A DNA stretch of 64,000 nt from Candidatus Hydrogenedentota bacterium (GTDB lineage Bacteria; Hydrogenedentota; Hydrogenedentia; Hydrogenedentales; SLHB01). The stretch is taken from assembly GCA_045863295.1 (NCBI GenBank), contig BTWA01000016.1, positions 31,058 to 95,057 of the forward strand, written 5' to 3'. Shown here in pieces: positions 6,517-16,588 of this stretch. Positions within the stretch are counted from its first letter, which is position 1. Every line of letters starts with the position of its first letter. The translations under genes were made by a program, and so were the position numbers. A model generated the notes under the pieces. It made no database searches and had not been told where the DNA came from. It worked only from the letters and a program-made list of their open reading frames with translations.

Positions 6517-8982
6517 CTACCTGGGCGTGAATCGAATCGACTGCCCGGGATCCGTACGCAGTTCCAAGAACTCACCAGCGAATTCGGCGATACTACCGCC
6601 GGTTTCCACGCGGGTACCCCCCTTCCAGGGGTTCACCATCCGCAGTGTCCCGCCTGCCTCGCTGATTACCTCCACTTCCTCCACTCGGCCCTCGGCACAC
6701 GACGCGCTCACCAAGAACGCCCCCACAGCCCGAAGCGTGCGAAAGGCCGCCGGTTTGTCCAACGGCCAATTGGGGAACAACCGGATGGTCCCATTGTAGC
6801 TCTGCATCAGGCATTCGTTGATAACGACCGGCAATCCAAAATTCTCGAACCAGATTCCCATGGGCGCCATGAAGTCAAAAGCTGTCGTGTCTTCATACCG
6901 CCCATGCACCTGCAGCGCCATGTCCGTGCAGGTCCCGTTGGCCAACAGGCAGTAGTTGATCTGCCGCTTGAACCGCTCCAGATCAAGCATGCCGATCCGC
7001 GCCGCCTGAAGGTTCATGAATACCAACTCATTCCCGCCTTCGTTCTGCGTGTTGCGCCATGTATTGCCCAGAATCTCTGCCACTTCTCCAGTGGAATGTA
7101 AACCATGATCCTCCCCCGGAAACACCGTCATCAGGCTGTTCGGCGTGTTGTACACCACCTCCGAATGCTCGCCCGGCACCGAAACAAACACCTTCCCCGT
7201 GGGAGACTCCGCCGTCGGATAATCCGGAAAGTGGGCGAGTATGTCGCGTACGTCAGCAATCAATTCCCGCTCGCTCTCTTCGATTTCCAAAATGCGCGTT
7301 GCCTCCAGATACGCCTTCATCACAAACTTCGTCAGCGTCAGATCCACCAGGCAATCGTAGTTGTACTTGAATCCAGGCTTCAGCCCGTACAATTCCGGCG
7401 GCACCGTCGGAAAGATGTGATACCGATCATCGCCCCAGCGTTCACCCCGAGCCTCCGGACGCTTCATGTAATCCACGAGAAAAAGCACCGCGTCGCGAAT
7501 CGGCGACAGAGCCCGCTCGCGCAGGAAGTCCTTATCCATGGTGTAAATGTAGTGCCACCACAAACCCTGCACCGTCCACGGCGTCTCGCAAATCTCCCAG
7601 CCCCATGTGGGCACCGGATACGGCGACATCGTCATCTCCACCGGATACGCCGAGTGCGGAAAGTAGGCACCCCGCAACCCGTAGTATTCCTGAGCCCACA
7701 TCCGGCTCATCGGCAACAGCCGCTCCACAAGCTCCACATACGGCAGATTTTTCTCCACACGATTGCTGGAAAACGGCAGCCAGAAAGGCTGTTGCGTGTT
7801 GTAGTTCATGTGGTAGTCACCGTGCCACGCCGTGCCGATATTTCGGTAACTCCAGTTCGCAAACAAACCGGGGCAATTCACCCCGGCCTTGGCAGCGCAG
7901 TTGAGAAAGTAATGATTCCAATACCAGATGCGCTCCAGAAACGTGTCCTCCAGCGCAACGCCCGATCGCGACCAATACGATTTCCAGCTCGACGTCGACG
8001 CGTCACAAGCTGCCAGCCATGCCTCTTGCGAGGGATCAGGTGTTCCTGCAATCGCACCCCCCACGTCGGCGGCCAGCCCTTCATCCAGTTGAATGGCCGC
8101 CACCAGCGGTTCACGAAAGACCAACGTCCGCTCCAGCGGATCCATCGGCTTTGGATTGCCTTCCCAGTTCAAGCGGACTTTCGAATCGGTCGGGCCGTTT
8201 ACGGAAACTGACAACCGGAAAGCACGGTCCCTCGCATCGGGGTCGCCGGGTTGTTCGCCGTTCGGTTCGTTGCGCGGAAGCACTTGCCGGAACGCGACCA
8301 CGCTTGAAGCGGTCTCGAGTACCTCGAACGAGGGCAGTGTTTGGGGAGTGTCCGGATCGGGTAGCAGGCGAATCCGGTTGAAACAGTTCGCAATGGGCTG
8401 GCCTTCTGCATCGACCAGGCGTATCCAAAGCCGGTCCGCCTGCTGGTCCGCGAACACGCGCAATTCCACCGGCGCTCCGTGCAAAAGCATCCGCACCGTG
8501 CAAACCCCGGTAGCAATATCAAGACGATGTCCCAACAGTTCCACCTCCCGCCGATCGAACCCCAGCACAAGCGATCCGCATGGAAACGGGCGTGGATAAG
8601 GTTTTCGATAGTTCTCCTGCGCCATCTGCCGGTATTCGGCGTACCACGGATCGGAGTCCAAGCCGGGCGCGGTCTCCGGAATCGCCGACACCTTTTCAAA
8701 CACTTCCTGAAAGGTGCCAATCTTGTCCTTGTTGTCCTCGGCGATTCGAATATCCCACACATTGTTGTGGCCAAAATGAACAACTACAGCGTCCGGCCGG
8801 GTAGTCACTACCGCGCCAAGCCCGCCATTGCCCAGCAATGCGCCGTCGAAGAAATTCGGACACGGACGGTCACTCGCTATGGGGTGCTGTGCCGCGCGTT
8901 CCGCAATGTCGTTTGGGACGGCAGGGGCCAATACAGCCGGCGCATACACTACGAAAGCAATTGCCAGAACGCCATGGAACAT
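6517..8982 (-). CDS. Glycoside hydrolase family 95-like (alpha-L-fucosidase-like) protein
   Basis: Signal peptide; LLGNGGLGA N-terminal motif; GLFANW...WHGDYHMNYNTQQPFW; IRLFPNWP...F..LRAVGAFLVSA C-terminal motif. Confidence 0.85.
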   Translation of the reverse strand: MFHGVLAIAFVVYAPAVLAPAVPNDIAERAAQHPIASDRPCPNFFDGALLGNGGLGAVVTTRPDAVVVHFGHNNVWDIRIAEDNKDKIGTFQEVFEKVSAIPETAPGLDSDPWYAEYRQMAQENYRKPYPRPFPCGSLVLGFDRREVELLGHRLDIATGVCTVRMLLHGAPVELRVFADQQADRLWIRLVDAEGQPIANCFNRIRLLPDPDTPQTLPSFEVLETASSVVAFRQVLPRNEPNGEQPGDPDARDRAFRLSVSVNGPTDSKVRLNWEGNPKPMDPLERTLVFREPLVAAIQLDEGLAADVGGAIAGTPDPSQEAWLAACDASTSSWKSYWSRSGVALEDTFLERIWYWNHYFLNCAAKAGVNCPGLFANWSYRNIGTAWHGDYHMNYNTQQPFWLPFSSNRVEKNLPYVELVERLLPMSRMWAQEYYGLRGAYFPHSAYPVEMTMSPYPVPTWGWEICETPWTVQGLWWHYIYTMDKDFLRERALSPIRDAVLFLVDYMKRPEARGERWGDDRYHIFPTVPPELYGLKPGFKYNYDCLVDLTLTKFVMKAYLEATRILEIEESERELIADVRDILAHFPDYPTAESPTGKVFVSVPGEHSEVVYNTPNSLMTVFPGEDHGLHSTGEVAEILGNTWRNTQNEGGNELVFMNLQAARIGMLDLERFKRQINYCLLANGTCTDMALQVHGRYEDTTAFDFMAPMGIWFENFGLPVVINECLMQSYNGTIRLFPNWPLDKPAAFRTLRAVGAFLVSASCAEGRVEEVEVISEAGGTLRMVNPWKGGTRVETGGSIAEFAGEFLELRTDPGQSIRFTPR

Positions 8983-9151
8983 AGTACCCCCTTTGTCCGC
9001 TGGCCGGGCGGGCTACCCGTGGAATGCGGGAGGCTACATTTCCACTTTCAGATCGATCGCCACGGGGGGCAACTGTCATTGTATCACGAGACCGCTTCGA
9101 GGAAATGCATGCCCTATCGGCAGGGCGAATTGGATACGGGAGGCTGGGTCA

Positions 9152-10993
9152 ATGCGCGCTCACTCGAATCAAGTGCTGTTCACCGGCTTGCAGGCGAGCA
9201 GTCATGCTTTGGCAACAGGACGTGCGGATCGTTGTACGTATTTGATGAGCGCCATTCCTCTGCCGAGAGTGGCTGCTGGGGTGGATTCTCCGGCAAACGT
9301 TTCAGCCCGGATCGCCCGAATCTCGATACCGGCTATCGCGGCTTTGATCCATGCATTCAGCGGAGGCGCAACCATTCACGCCGCCACGGACGCAGTACAA
9401 ATCCTTCCCCCACCGGAAACCCGGCAAGGGCAAAGCGACGCCCCGATCGATACGACATCGGTATGGACAATGCTTCCGGATCCGTCTGCTACGACTGCCC
9501 TGAACCGCCAACAGAGAATTGACCTCGCCAAGCAAACTCTGCGGAAAGAGTGCCTCGCCCAACCCATGAAATCGGCAAGCCTCATCGCCATCAAGGGTTG
9601 GACCTATCTCGCCATGCTTGGCGATCAAGAGGGTAAAGCCCAATTGATGGAGGTCGTTCGATCGCTCGATGACCACGCCCAAAACGCCAACTGGCACATG
9701 ATTGTATACCTCGAGGACCAGACCGCGAACGAATATGTCAAACAAATCATGGCCGATCCGGACCGTACCATGGACATCCGCGTACGTGCCACGCGATCTG
9801 TCCTGGGGGGCAGGTATTCACCCGGCGCGCCGGTTCAAGTTCCCGAAGGGATAGAAGCGCACTTCAGGCAGTTGGTCGTCCAATCCGGATTCAACCTAAT
9901 GCCATTGCGCGAATTGAACGGCATGGCCACGGAATTGAGCCGGCCCTTTTTGGAAGAACTGGTGGAAGCAGGCGCGTTTCACGATCGCGACTCGCCCCAT
10001 TCCCAGGGAATCGAACACTCCAGGCATTTTTCACGAATGAAACGGATGGCGGGCCAGCCCGGGTTCGTCTGTGTTGTACAGGTAGCCCTGGAGGGATTGG
10101 GTCGCCTGGGGAACCCCGAATCGATTTCTCTCTTGCGTCAGGCGGCCCAAGTATCCCGTGCGCCGGGCATTCGACTGTCAGCCGTACAGGCGCTGAACGC
10201 AGTGGGAGACACGGGTTTCGCGCGAGATTTGATGCGCGATCGCGCCGCGCATGATCCGGACATCGCATACCGGATCGCTTATGCGCACGATCTCGCCGAG
10301 ACGGGCGAACGTGCGTTCGTCCACCTGTTGCATGAAGCGACCCGGCATCCTGTCCGGCAGGTGAGATCGCTGTCGTATGAATACTTGTGTTCCCTCGGTG
10401 ACGATTCATTTGTCGAACCCGCGACCCGGGATTTCGAGGCGAATGGAGAGCCTGCGGGCTACTGGAAAATCTTGCATGCAGACCAGGCACGAATGGGATT
10501 CGCGCTGCAGGGCAACGACGGATTTATGAGCGACGTGTTGCAACTGTACCTTTGCACTCTCGTACAAAGCGATCGCTCGCCGCATAGCGTTTTCATGGGC
10601 CTGAATGGAATTCTTAGCGGTTCAAACGATCAAGTGCGGGCCGTGCTGCCCTCGGCCTTGAACGTGCTCGAAGGGCCGCCTGTAACGATGCCGGAATCAG
10701 AACCTCCGGACAAAGACGCCCTTGTCGCATTTGAAACCCAATTGTGTAAGTTGCTCGTGCTTCTACGGACGGGAGACGCACAAGTACGCCAAAAGGCGAT
10801 TGACTATATCGAAAACCTGTATGCGATCAACGCGGAGGGAGGGCAAACTGCCCTGTTCTATGCGCGCTGCGCACGCAACCCGGACCTCGCATCGTTCTTT
10901 GCACGGGTAATTCTAGAATCTCCCAACGCCGGTGACAGACTCACCGCCGCGACGTGGCTGCTTGCGAATGAAGCAGGCGTGTTGCCAGAGTAA
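9152..10993 (+). CDS. Hypothetical helical (HEAT-repeat-like) protein
   Basis: Long ORF; GGGAGG RBS before ATG 9152; HEAT-like segments ALEGLGRLGNPESISLLRQ, IRLSAVQALNAVGD, VRSLSYEYLCSLGD. Confidence 0.65.
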   Translation: MRAHSNQVLFTGLQASSHALATGRADRCTYLMSAIPLPRVAAGVDSPANVSARIARISIPAIAALIHAFSGGATIHAATDAVQILPPPETRQGQSDAPIDTTSVWTMLPDPSATTALNRQQRIDLAKQTLRKECLAQPMKSASLIAIKGWTYLAMLGDQEGKAQLMEVVRSLDDHAQNANWHMIVYLEDQTANEYVKQIMADPDRTMDIRVRATRSVLGGRYSPGAPVQVPEGIEAHFRQLVVQSGFNLMPLRELNGMATELSRPFLEELVEAGAFHDRDSPHSQGIEHSRHFSRMKRMAGQPGFVCVVQVALEGLGRLGNPESISLLRQAAQVSRAPGIRLSAVQALNAVGDTGFARDLMRDRAAHDPDIAYRIAYAHDLAETGERAFVHLLHEATRHPVRQVRSLSYEYLCSLGDDSFVEPATRDFEANGEPAGYWKILHADQARMGFALQGNDGFMSDVLQLYLCTLVQSDRSPHSVFMGLNGILSGSNDQVRAVLPSALNVLEGPPVTMPESEPPDKDALVAFETQLCKLLVLLRTGDAQVRQKAIDYIENLYAINAEGGQTALFYARCARNPDLASFFARVILESPNAGDRLTAATWLLANEAGVLPE

Positions 10994-11018
10994 TCCGCAC
11001 GATAAAACGCATGCGCCT

Positions 11019-11807
11019 TCATCGCTTGAGTGCGCCCTCTATTTCGGCCAGCATCGTCCGCATTTCGCCCAATCGCGCTACGATGGCGTCCGTATCCGTG
11101 TGTATTTCCGCGCGCATTTCGTCTTTCGCGGATTCGAGATTGTTGATGACGATCGCGATAAACAAATTGACGATGACAAAAACCGCCAGCACCACGAAAC
11201 TCACAAAGTACAACCACGCCCACGGCGTTGCCGCCATGGCCGCAGCCTGCAGTTCCACCCACCCTTCCAGCGTCAAAATTTGAAAAAGCGTCAGCACGGC
11301 AGAGCCCAATCCGCTCCAGTGTTCCGGATCGGCTTCGCGAAAAAGATGCACGCCAATCACGGCATACACATAGATGATCAATCCCAACAACAATAAAACA
11401 TGGCCAAGGGAAGGAATGGATCGAAGCAAGGTGCCCACGATGAGCCGCAACTCGGGTACGGCGGATACAACACGCAACGCCCGCAATAGCCGGGCAAGCC
11501 GGGCAATGGTCGCCAACGAACCGGCGGCGGGCATCAGGGAGAGGGCCACTATCGCGAAGTCGAATACGTTCCACCCGTCGCGGAAAAAAGTGTAAAACCT
11601 CGGCGCATGCGCCATCAGTCGAATCGCGATTTCCACAATGAAAACAAGCTGTACGGCTCCATTTAATACGGTAAACAGCCCCTCGTAGCGGGTCATCCAA
11701 TCCGCGTTCGTTTCGATGCCAATAAGCACCGCATTGGCCACAATGATGGCCAGCACCGTTCGTTGGAACGCGGCGTTCTCGGATAGTCGCCGGCAAGCTG
11801 CGATCAT
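11019..11807 (-). CDS. Bacterial voltage-gated sodium channel (BacNav/ion transporter)
   Basis: Six TM segments; DGWNVFDF; S4 RLARLLRALR with four gating arginines; pore FQILTLEGW; C-terminal coiled coil. Likely start ATG 11807. Confidence 0.92.
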   Translation of the reverse strand: MIAACRRLSENAAFQRTVLAIIVANAVLIGIETNADWMTRYEGLFTVLNGAVQLVFIVEIAIRLMAHAPRFYTFFRDGWNVFDFAIVALSLMPAAGSLATIARLARLLRALRVVSAVPELRLIVGTLLRSIPSLGHVLLLLGLIIYVYAVIGVHLFREADPEHWSGLGSAVLTLFQILTLEGWVELQAAAMAATPWAWLYFVSFVVLAVFVIVNLFIAIVINNLESAKDEMRAEIHTDTDAIVARLGEMRTMLAEIEGALKR

Positions 11808-12101
11808 AGGCAAGCGCCTCCACGCGGTGTATACTGTCTCAAAATTAGCCAGGTGCGGTTCTGATACTGCAATAACAATCCAGAGCAAGGCAAGCGACTC
11901 GAATCCGCCTCTCGAGTACGATGTACAACCCGGAGCGCGGTCCAAATAATTCCCAGGGAGGTACTCTATGGGTAATCACGTTGTCAGCGGTCCAGCCAGC
12001 GGCTTGGTGGCCGCGTTAACGATATTTGCCCTCAATGAAATTGCCGGCAAGAGCCGCATTCTTGTACATGGCGCCGGCATTGAAATCGACGCGGACCAAC
12101 A

Positions 12102-13808
12102 ATGATGCAACTCCGGGCCAAGCCAGAAACTCGCGCCAACTCCCGGCACAGGTATGCTCACCGCATTTGTAGGCGGCCCATATTCTTGCACGGGGCGACA
12201 ACATGCTCGGCCCTGATGTGCAGTTTGCTCTGCACTGTGGACGCCGAGCCGCCACCCCTGAATCTGGACTACGAGTCCTACCACATCGAATTGGATTCCG
12301 CTCCAATGCCGTTTGTAGACTGGGCGCTGGTCGATCCCGGTCACGTTTCTTGGACCTTGCCCTCGGGCGAACCCGCGCCATTGAGCGGACTGCACGGACT
12401 TGACTCGCCGGACGAAGTGACGCCGGTCCCGGTAAACGAACCATCTGGAATTCGAATTCAAGTGCAGGCTGCGGAGAAGCAGGGCCGATTCTTGGACTTG
12501 ATGCCTGCAGAGTACCCGTGGGAACAGGGAAGGGTAAAAGCCGTCACGCTCGCGTACGATGACGATGCCTCGTGCTATCGCGTGTGGTATGAGTGCCGGG
12601 GCGGCTTGGGTTATGCGGATTCGCCCGATCTGAGAACTTGGCGTAAACCACCGCTTAATCCAACTCCGTTCGATGACGCAAAGGCATCCAACCTGGCTTA
12701 CATTGCGAACAGCGACGAATGCGCCGCATCTGGCATGTTTCAGCACCCGGACTCGCTTCAGCCCGCCCAAGCGGGATCGATCCTGATCGATCCGTCGGCG
12801 GAGCCGGATAGGCGTTTCAAAACGACCGTTCTGGCAAGCGCGATCCCGGATCGTCTGAACGAGTTCGCGCGCAAAACAGGCAAAATGCTTAGTTCGCGTG
12901 TGAGTCCTGTGTCCGCCAATGTCCTCTTCCCTGCATATTCCGCGGACGGGGTGGCATGGCATGTCGTACCTGAACCATGCCTCTTGCACGATGCAGACAC
13001 GCAGACGGTCGTCCTTTTCGATCGGCGCACATCAAGTTATGTCATGTACACACGCAACTGGACGTTGGGCCGACGCACCATCGGCAGAAGTATCTCGCAG
13101 GACTACTTCGATTTCCCTTTGCCGCAAACCGTACTTGCCCCGACCGCTTACGAACAACCCTTCGTGGACTTCTATGTCAACGCTGCGGCATGGTACCCAA
13201 GCCGGCGCGATCTACAACTCCTGTTTGTTCTGGCATACGATCGCCACATCGACAGCGGCGCAATCCGGCTAGCGACCAGTCGCGACGGCATGTTCTGGGA
13301 ATTCACCCCCGGGGATCCGGTTGTAGCGCCCGGATCGCCGTCTGAGTGGGACAGCCATTTTCCCATCTCTATACCGTCGCTCGTGCGCACGCCGGAAGGC
13401 GGCCTCCTGTTCCTTTACAACGGCTACAATCTGCCGCACAAGTTTCCGCGCACTGGATTCGTTGAAGGCGATCAAGGAATCGCCTACTGGAAAGCGGATC
13501 GCTTGGCCGCGCTCGAAGCGCCCGATAGGGGCACTTTCACAACACCGCGGCTCCGGCTGCGCGGGGAACGCCTGATCGTGAATGCGAGCACCGCGCGTAG
13601 CGGCTCGATTGAAATTGAAGTGCTCGACGAAAGGCTGGCGCCCGTGCCTGGTAGAACCTTTGCGGAATTTGACGCACTTGTCGGTGACAACGCGAATTTC
13701 ACGGCAACATGGAAAGGCGAATCCGACTTGGCCGATTGGATGGACCAATTTGTACATTTGCGCTTCCGAATGCGCGCCGCAAAGATTTATGCCATGCGGG
13801 CGGAATAA
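12102..13808 (+). CDS. Putative five-bladed beta-propeller glycosidase-like protein (GH32/GH43-like fold) with C-terminal beta-sandwich; start uncertain
   Basis: YRVWY, YADSPD..TW.KP, YSADG..W, HDADTQ, YVMYTR, RLATSRDG..W blade motifs; C-terminal GTFTTP.L...G..L.VNA...GSIEIEVLD...LRF.MR.AKIYA. Confidence 0.65.
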   Translation: MMQLRAKPETRANSRHRYAHRICRRPIFLHGATTCSALMCSLLCTVDAEPPPLNLDYESYHIELDSAPMPFVDWALVDPGHVSWTLPSGEPAPLSGLHGLDSPDEVTPVPVNEPSGIRIQVQAAEKQGRFLDLMPAEYPWEQGRVKAVTLAYDDDASCYRVWYECRGGLGYADSPDLRTWRKPPLNPTPFDDAKASNLAYIANSDECAASGMFQHPDSLQPAQAGSILIDPSAEPDRRFKTTVLASAIPDRLNEFARKTGKMLSSRVSPVSANVLFPAYSADGVAWHVVPEPCLLHDADTQTVVLFDRRTSSYVMYTRNWTLGRRTIGRSISQDYFDFPLPQTVLAPTAYEQPFVDFYVNAAAWYPSRRDLQLLFVLAYDRHIDSGAIRLATSRDGMFWEFTPGDPVVAPGSPSEWDSHFPISIPSLVRTPEGGLLFLYNGYNLPHKFPRTGFVEGDQGIAYWKADRLAALEAPDRGTFTTPRLRLRGERLIVNASTARSGSIEIEVLDERLAPVPGRTFAEFDALVGDNANFTATWKGESDLADWMDQFVHLRFRMRAAKIYAMRAE

Positions 13809-13915
13809 TCGGCCTATCGTCCCCGTCACAAAGTGGCATTGCGATTCCACCGCGTATATCATGCGGCACCCGTGCCCAAAAAAGGTCGGACGGTATCCTG
13901 GAGGCTTCACATTCG

Positions 13916-16576
13916 ATGGCTATTGTGCCGGGATCGCGGTTGGGGTCCTACGAGATTCGCGGCCTGCTTGGCGCGGGCGGCATGGGCGAAGTCTACCGTG
14001 CCGTCGACGAGAAACTGGGCCGTGAAGTCGCCATAAAAGTCTTGCCCGAGGCCTACTCCGCTGACCACGATCGGCAGGCTCGTTTCCAGCGCGAAGCCCG
14101 CGCACTCGCGCAACTCGACCACCCCGCCATAGGCGCCATCTACGGATTCGAACAGGGCGAAGGGGCGCCGTATATTGTCATGCAACTGGTGGAAGGCGAA
14201 ACCCTGGCAGAGAAAATCCGGCGCGGCGCGTTACCCATCCGGTTGACCCTGAGCCTCTTCGATCAAATCGCCGCCGCACTTGCATGCGCGCATGATCGCG
14301 GCATCATCCACCGCGATCTTAAACCCGCCAACATCAAAGTCACCCCCGACGATATGCCCAAAATCCTGGACTTTGGCATTGCCAAAATTCTCGCGGGAGA
14401 TCCGGTCGCCGTCTCCGACGCCGCCACGCAACTGTCCTCTCCCGATCGGATTCAGACAACACAGAGCGGCGTCATCTTGGGTACACCCGCATACATGAGC
14501 CCAGAACATGCCACAGGTAAGCCTGTCGACAAACGCGCAGATGTGTGGTCGTTCGGCTGTTGCCTGTTCGAGTGCCTGACCGGCAGGTTGCCGTTTAACG
14601 GAACCAACGCCTACGAAACGCTGGTTGAAGTTCTCAAGTCCGATCCCGACTGGTCTGCGTTGCCCCAGGAAGTGCCGGAAGCGGTCATGGTTCTGCTGCA
14701 TCGCTGCCTGCAGAAGGATCCAAAGGACCGGCTTCGCGACCTGTCCGACGGCGCATTGGAAATCCGGGATGCATTGAGAGGAGAAGGGCCCGGATCCCGC
14801 TCCGGCTCGTCCCGGGTCCGAATCGTGCAAAGTGCACCTGTCGTGACCCGTGTTCCCGTTCGACGCTTGTCCGTCAATCTTGATCCCGATGCGCCCGTCT
14901 CCCCACCCCGTGAATACCTCGATCCGGCCGTTGCCCTCTCACGCGATGGAACGCAGTTGGCCTACGTCGCCGTGATCGACGGAGTCCGGCACATCATGGT
15001 GCGGGCCTTCGACCAACTGCAAGCACGTTTGTTGCGAGGAACGGAACACGCCATCCGCCCCTGCTTCTCGCCCGACGGCCAATGGCTCTGCTTCGTCACT
15101 CTCCCTGACGGTTTTCTGCGAAAAGTACCGGTGCATGGCGGTACGCCCATCACCCTACTTGAACTGAGCCACCCCATGGGACTGCATTGGATAAACGAAT
15201 CCATCTATTTCATTTCGGAAATGCCGTCCGAAATAAGACGCGTGGCGGATTCCGGGGGAATTCCGGAACCGGTTCCAATTCCCGATGAAGGTACCGGTGG
15301 GTTTGTGTGCGGCTCGCCGTCCGTCTTGCCAGGCGAATGCGGCATGCTCTATGCCACCGCATACGCGCCCGATCTGAATTTGACCCGCGTCATGGTTCTG
15401 GATTTCGCGGAGCGAAAGACGTCCGTGCTCGCGGATCGGGCTTTGCGGCCACTCTATTCTCCTTCGGGTCACGTTCTCTACTCCCAACAGGGCCGTGTCA
15501 TGGCCGTGCCATTCGATCCACAGTCCATGCGCGCCACAGGCTCGCCCTTGCTGCTTCCTGAAGCACGAATCGCAGGTAGCCAATGGCCGGCCGTGCAGTT
15601 CGACGTCGCGGAAGACGGCACGCTCGTCTACGTGCCCATAGACCGTCTGCAGGACACGCGCCAATCGCGAACGCTGGTCTGGCTCGATCGCAATGGCAAG
15701 GAAGAACCGTTGCATCAACCCCCAAGACCGTATGAATCGGTTCGCATATCCCCCGATGGAAGCAAGGCAGCCGTAAGCATTAAGGGCGACGTATGGATTA
15801 TCGATCTCGGAAAAGGCGCCAACACCCGAGTCACGTTTGATCAGGCCAGCAACCAATACCCCGTGTGGTCGCCCGACGGCAATGACATCGCCTACTCAAC
15901 GGCACAACGCGGAGGCTTTATGGTTTGCCGAAAACCGGCCGACGGCACCGGCAATCGAATCGAGTTGACCGAGGACACCGGAATCTTTCATCCCCATGCA
16001 TGGTCGCCCGACGGGCGCCATATCGCGCTGGTAGAATACGGCGCCAACCGCGGAATTCGAATCGCTCTGTGCCCGGCAGACGAAAAACGAGACTTGACGT
16101 ACTGGTCGGATGTCGACGCTTTTGATCGGGCGCCTGCCGTCGCCCCCAATGGACGATTCATCGCCTATGTCAGCGGCGAATCCGGACGCGAAGAAATCTG
16201 CGTACAGTCGTTCCCGGATAGGGGCGGAAAGTGGCAGGTGTCGGAAGGCGGCGGCGTGGAACCCGTCTGGTCATCCGATGGAACCGAATTATTCTATCGC
16301 AACGAAAATGCTGTCATGCGGGTTGGCGTCAATTGCGATTCGCACTTCTCCGCCTCATCGCCCGAAACCCTGTTCACATGGAGTTTCTTCGCGCCATCGT
16401 TCCGCGCCGCCACATACGACGTAGCAAAAGACGGCCAGCGGTTCCTAATGGTAAAGGAAACCGCGGCACCGTCCGCCGCAAATCCGGGCACGGAGTTAAT
16501 CGTAGTCCAGAATTGGTTCATGGAACTCCAGCGAATGACGCCCGCGCAGAAGAGGACAACCGGATCACTCGGCTGA
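13916..16576 (+). CDS. Hanks-type Ser/Thr protein kinase with C-terminal TolB-like (PD40) beta-propellers
   Basis: GAGGMGEVY, VAIK, HRDLKPANI, DFGIAK, GTPAYMSPE, DVWSFG; repeated xSPDG blades. GGAGG RBS before ATG 13916. Confidence 0.95.
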   Translation: MAIVPGSRLGSYEIRGLLGAGGMGEVYRAVDEKLGREVAIKVLPEAYSADHDRQARFQREARALAQLDHPAIGAIYGFEQGEGAPYIVMQLVEGETLAEKIRRGALPIRLTLSLFDQIAAALACAHDRGIIHRDLKPANIKVTPDDMPKILDFGIAKILAGDPVAVSDAATQLSSPDRIQTTQSGVILGTPAYMSPEHATGKPVDKRADVWSFGCCLFECLTGRLPFNGTNAYETLVEVLKSDPDWSALPQEVPEAVMVLLHRCLQKDPKDRLRDLSDGALEIRDALRGEGPGSRSGSSRVRIVQSAPVVTRVPVRRLSVNLDPDAPVSPPREYLDPAVALSRDGTQLAYVAVIDGVRHIMVRAFDQLQARLLRGTEHAIRPCFSPDGQWLCFVTLPDGFLRKVPVHGGTPITLLELSHPMGLHWINESIYFISEMPSEIRRVADSGGIPEPVPIPDEGTGGFVCGSPSVLPGECGMLYATAYAPDLNLTRVMVLDFAERKTSVLADRALRPLYSPSGHVLYSQQGRVMAVPFDPQSMRATGSPLLLPEARIAGSQWPAVQFDVAEDGTLVYVPIDRLQDTRQSRTLVWLDRNGKEEPLHQPPRPYESVRISPDGSKAAVSIKGDVWIIDLGKGANTRVTFDQASNQYPVWSPDGNDIAYSTAQRGGFMVCRKPADGTGNRIELTEDTGIFHPHAWSPDGRHIALVEYGANRGIRIALCPADEKRDLTYWSDVDAFDRAPAVAPNGRFIAYVSGESGREEICVQSFPDRGGKWQVSEGGGVEPVWSSDGTELFYRNENAVMRVGVNCDSHFSASSPETLFTWSFFAPSFRAATYDVAKDGQRFLMVKETAAPSAANPGTELIVVQNWFMELQRMTPAQKRTTGSLG

Positions 16577-16588
16577 ACGCACGACTGT

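Noticed and set aside
6313-7101. 262-aa plus-strand ORF
   Set aside because: It begins inside the tRNA and is antisense to the GH95-like gene; a GC-rich shadow ORF.
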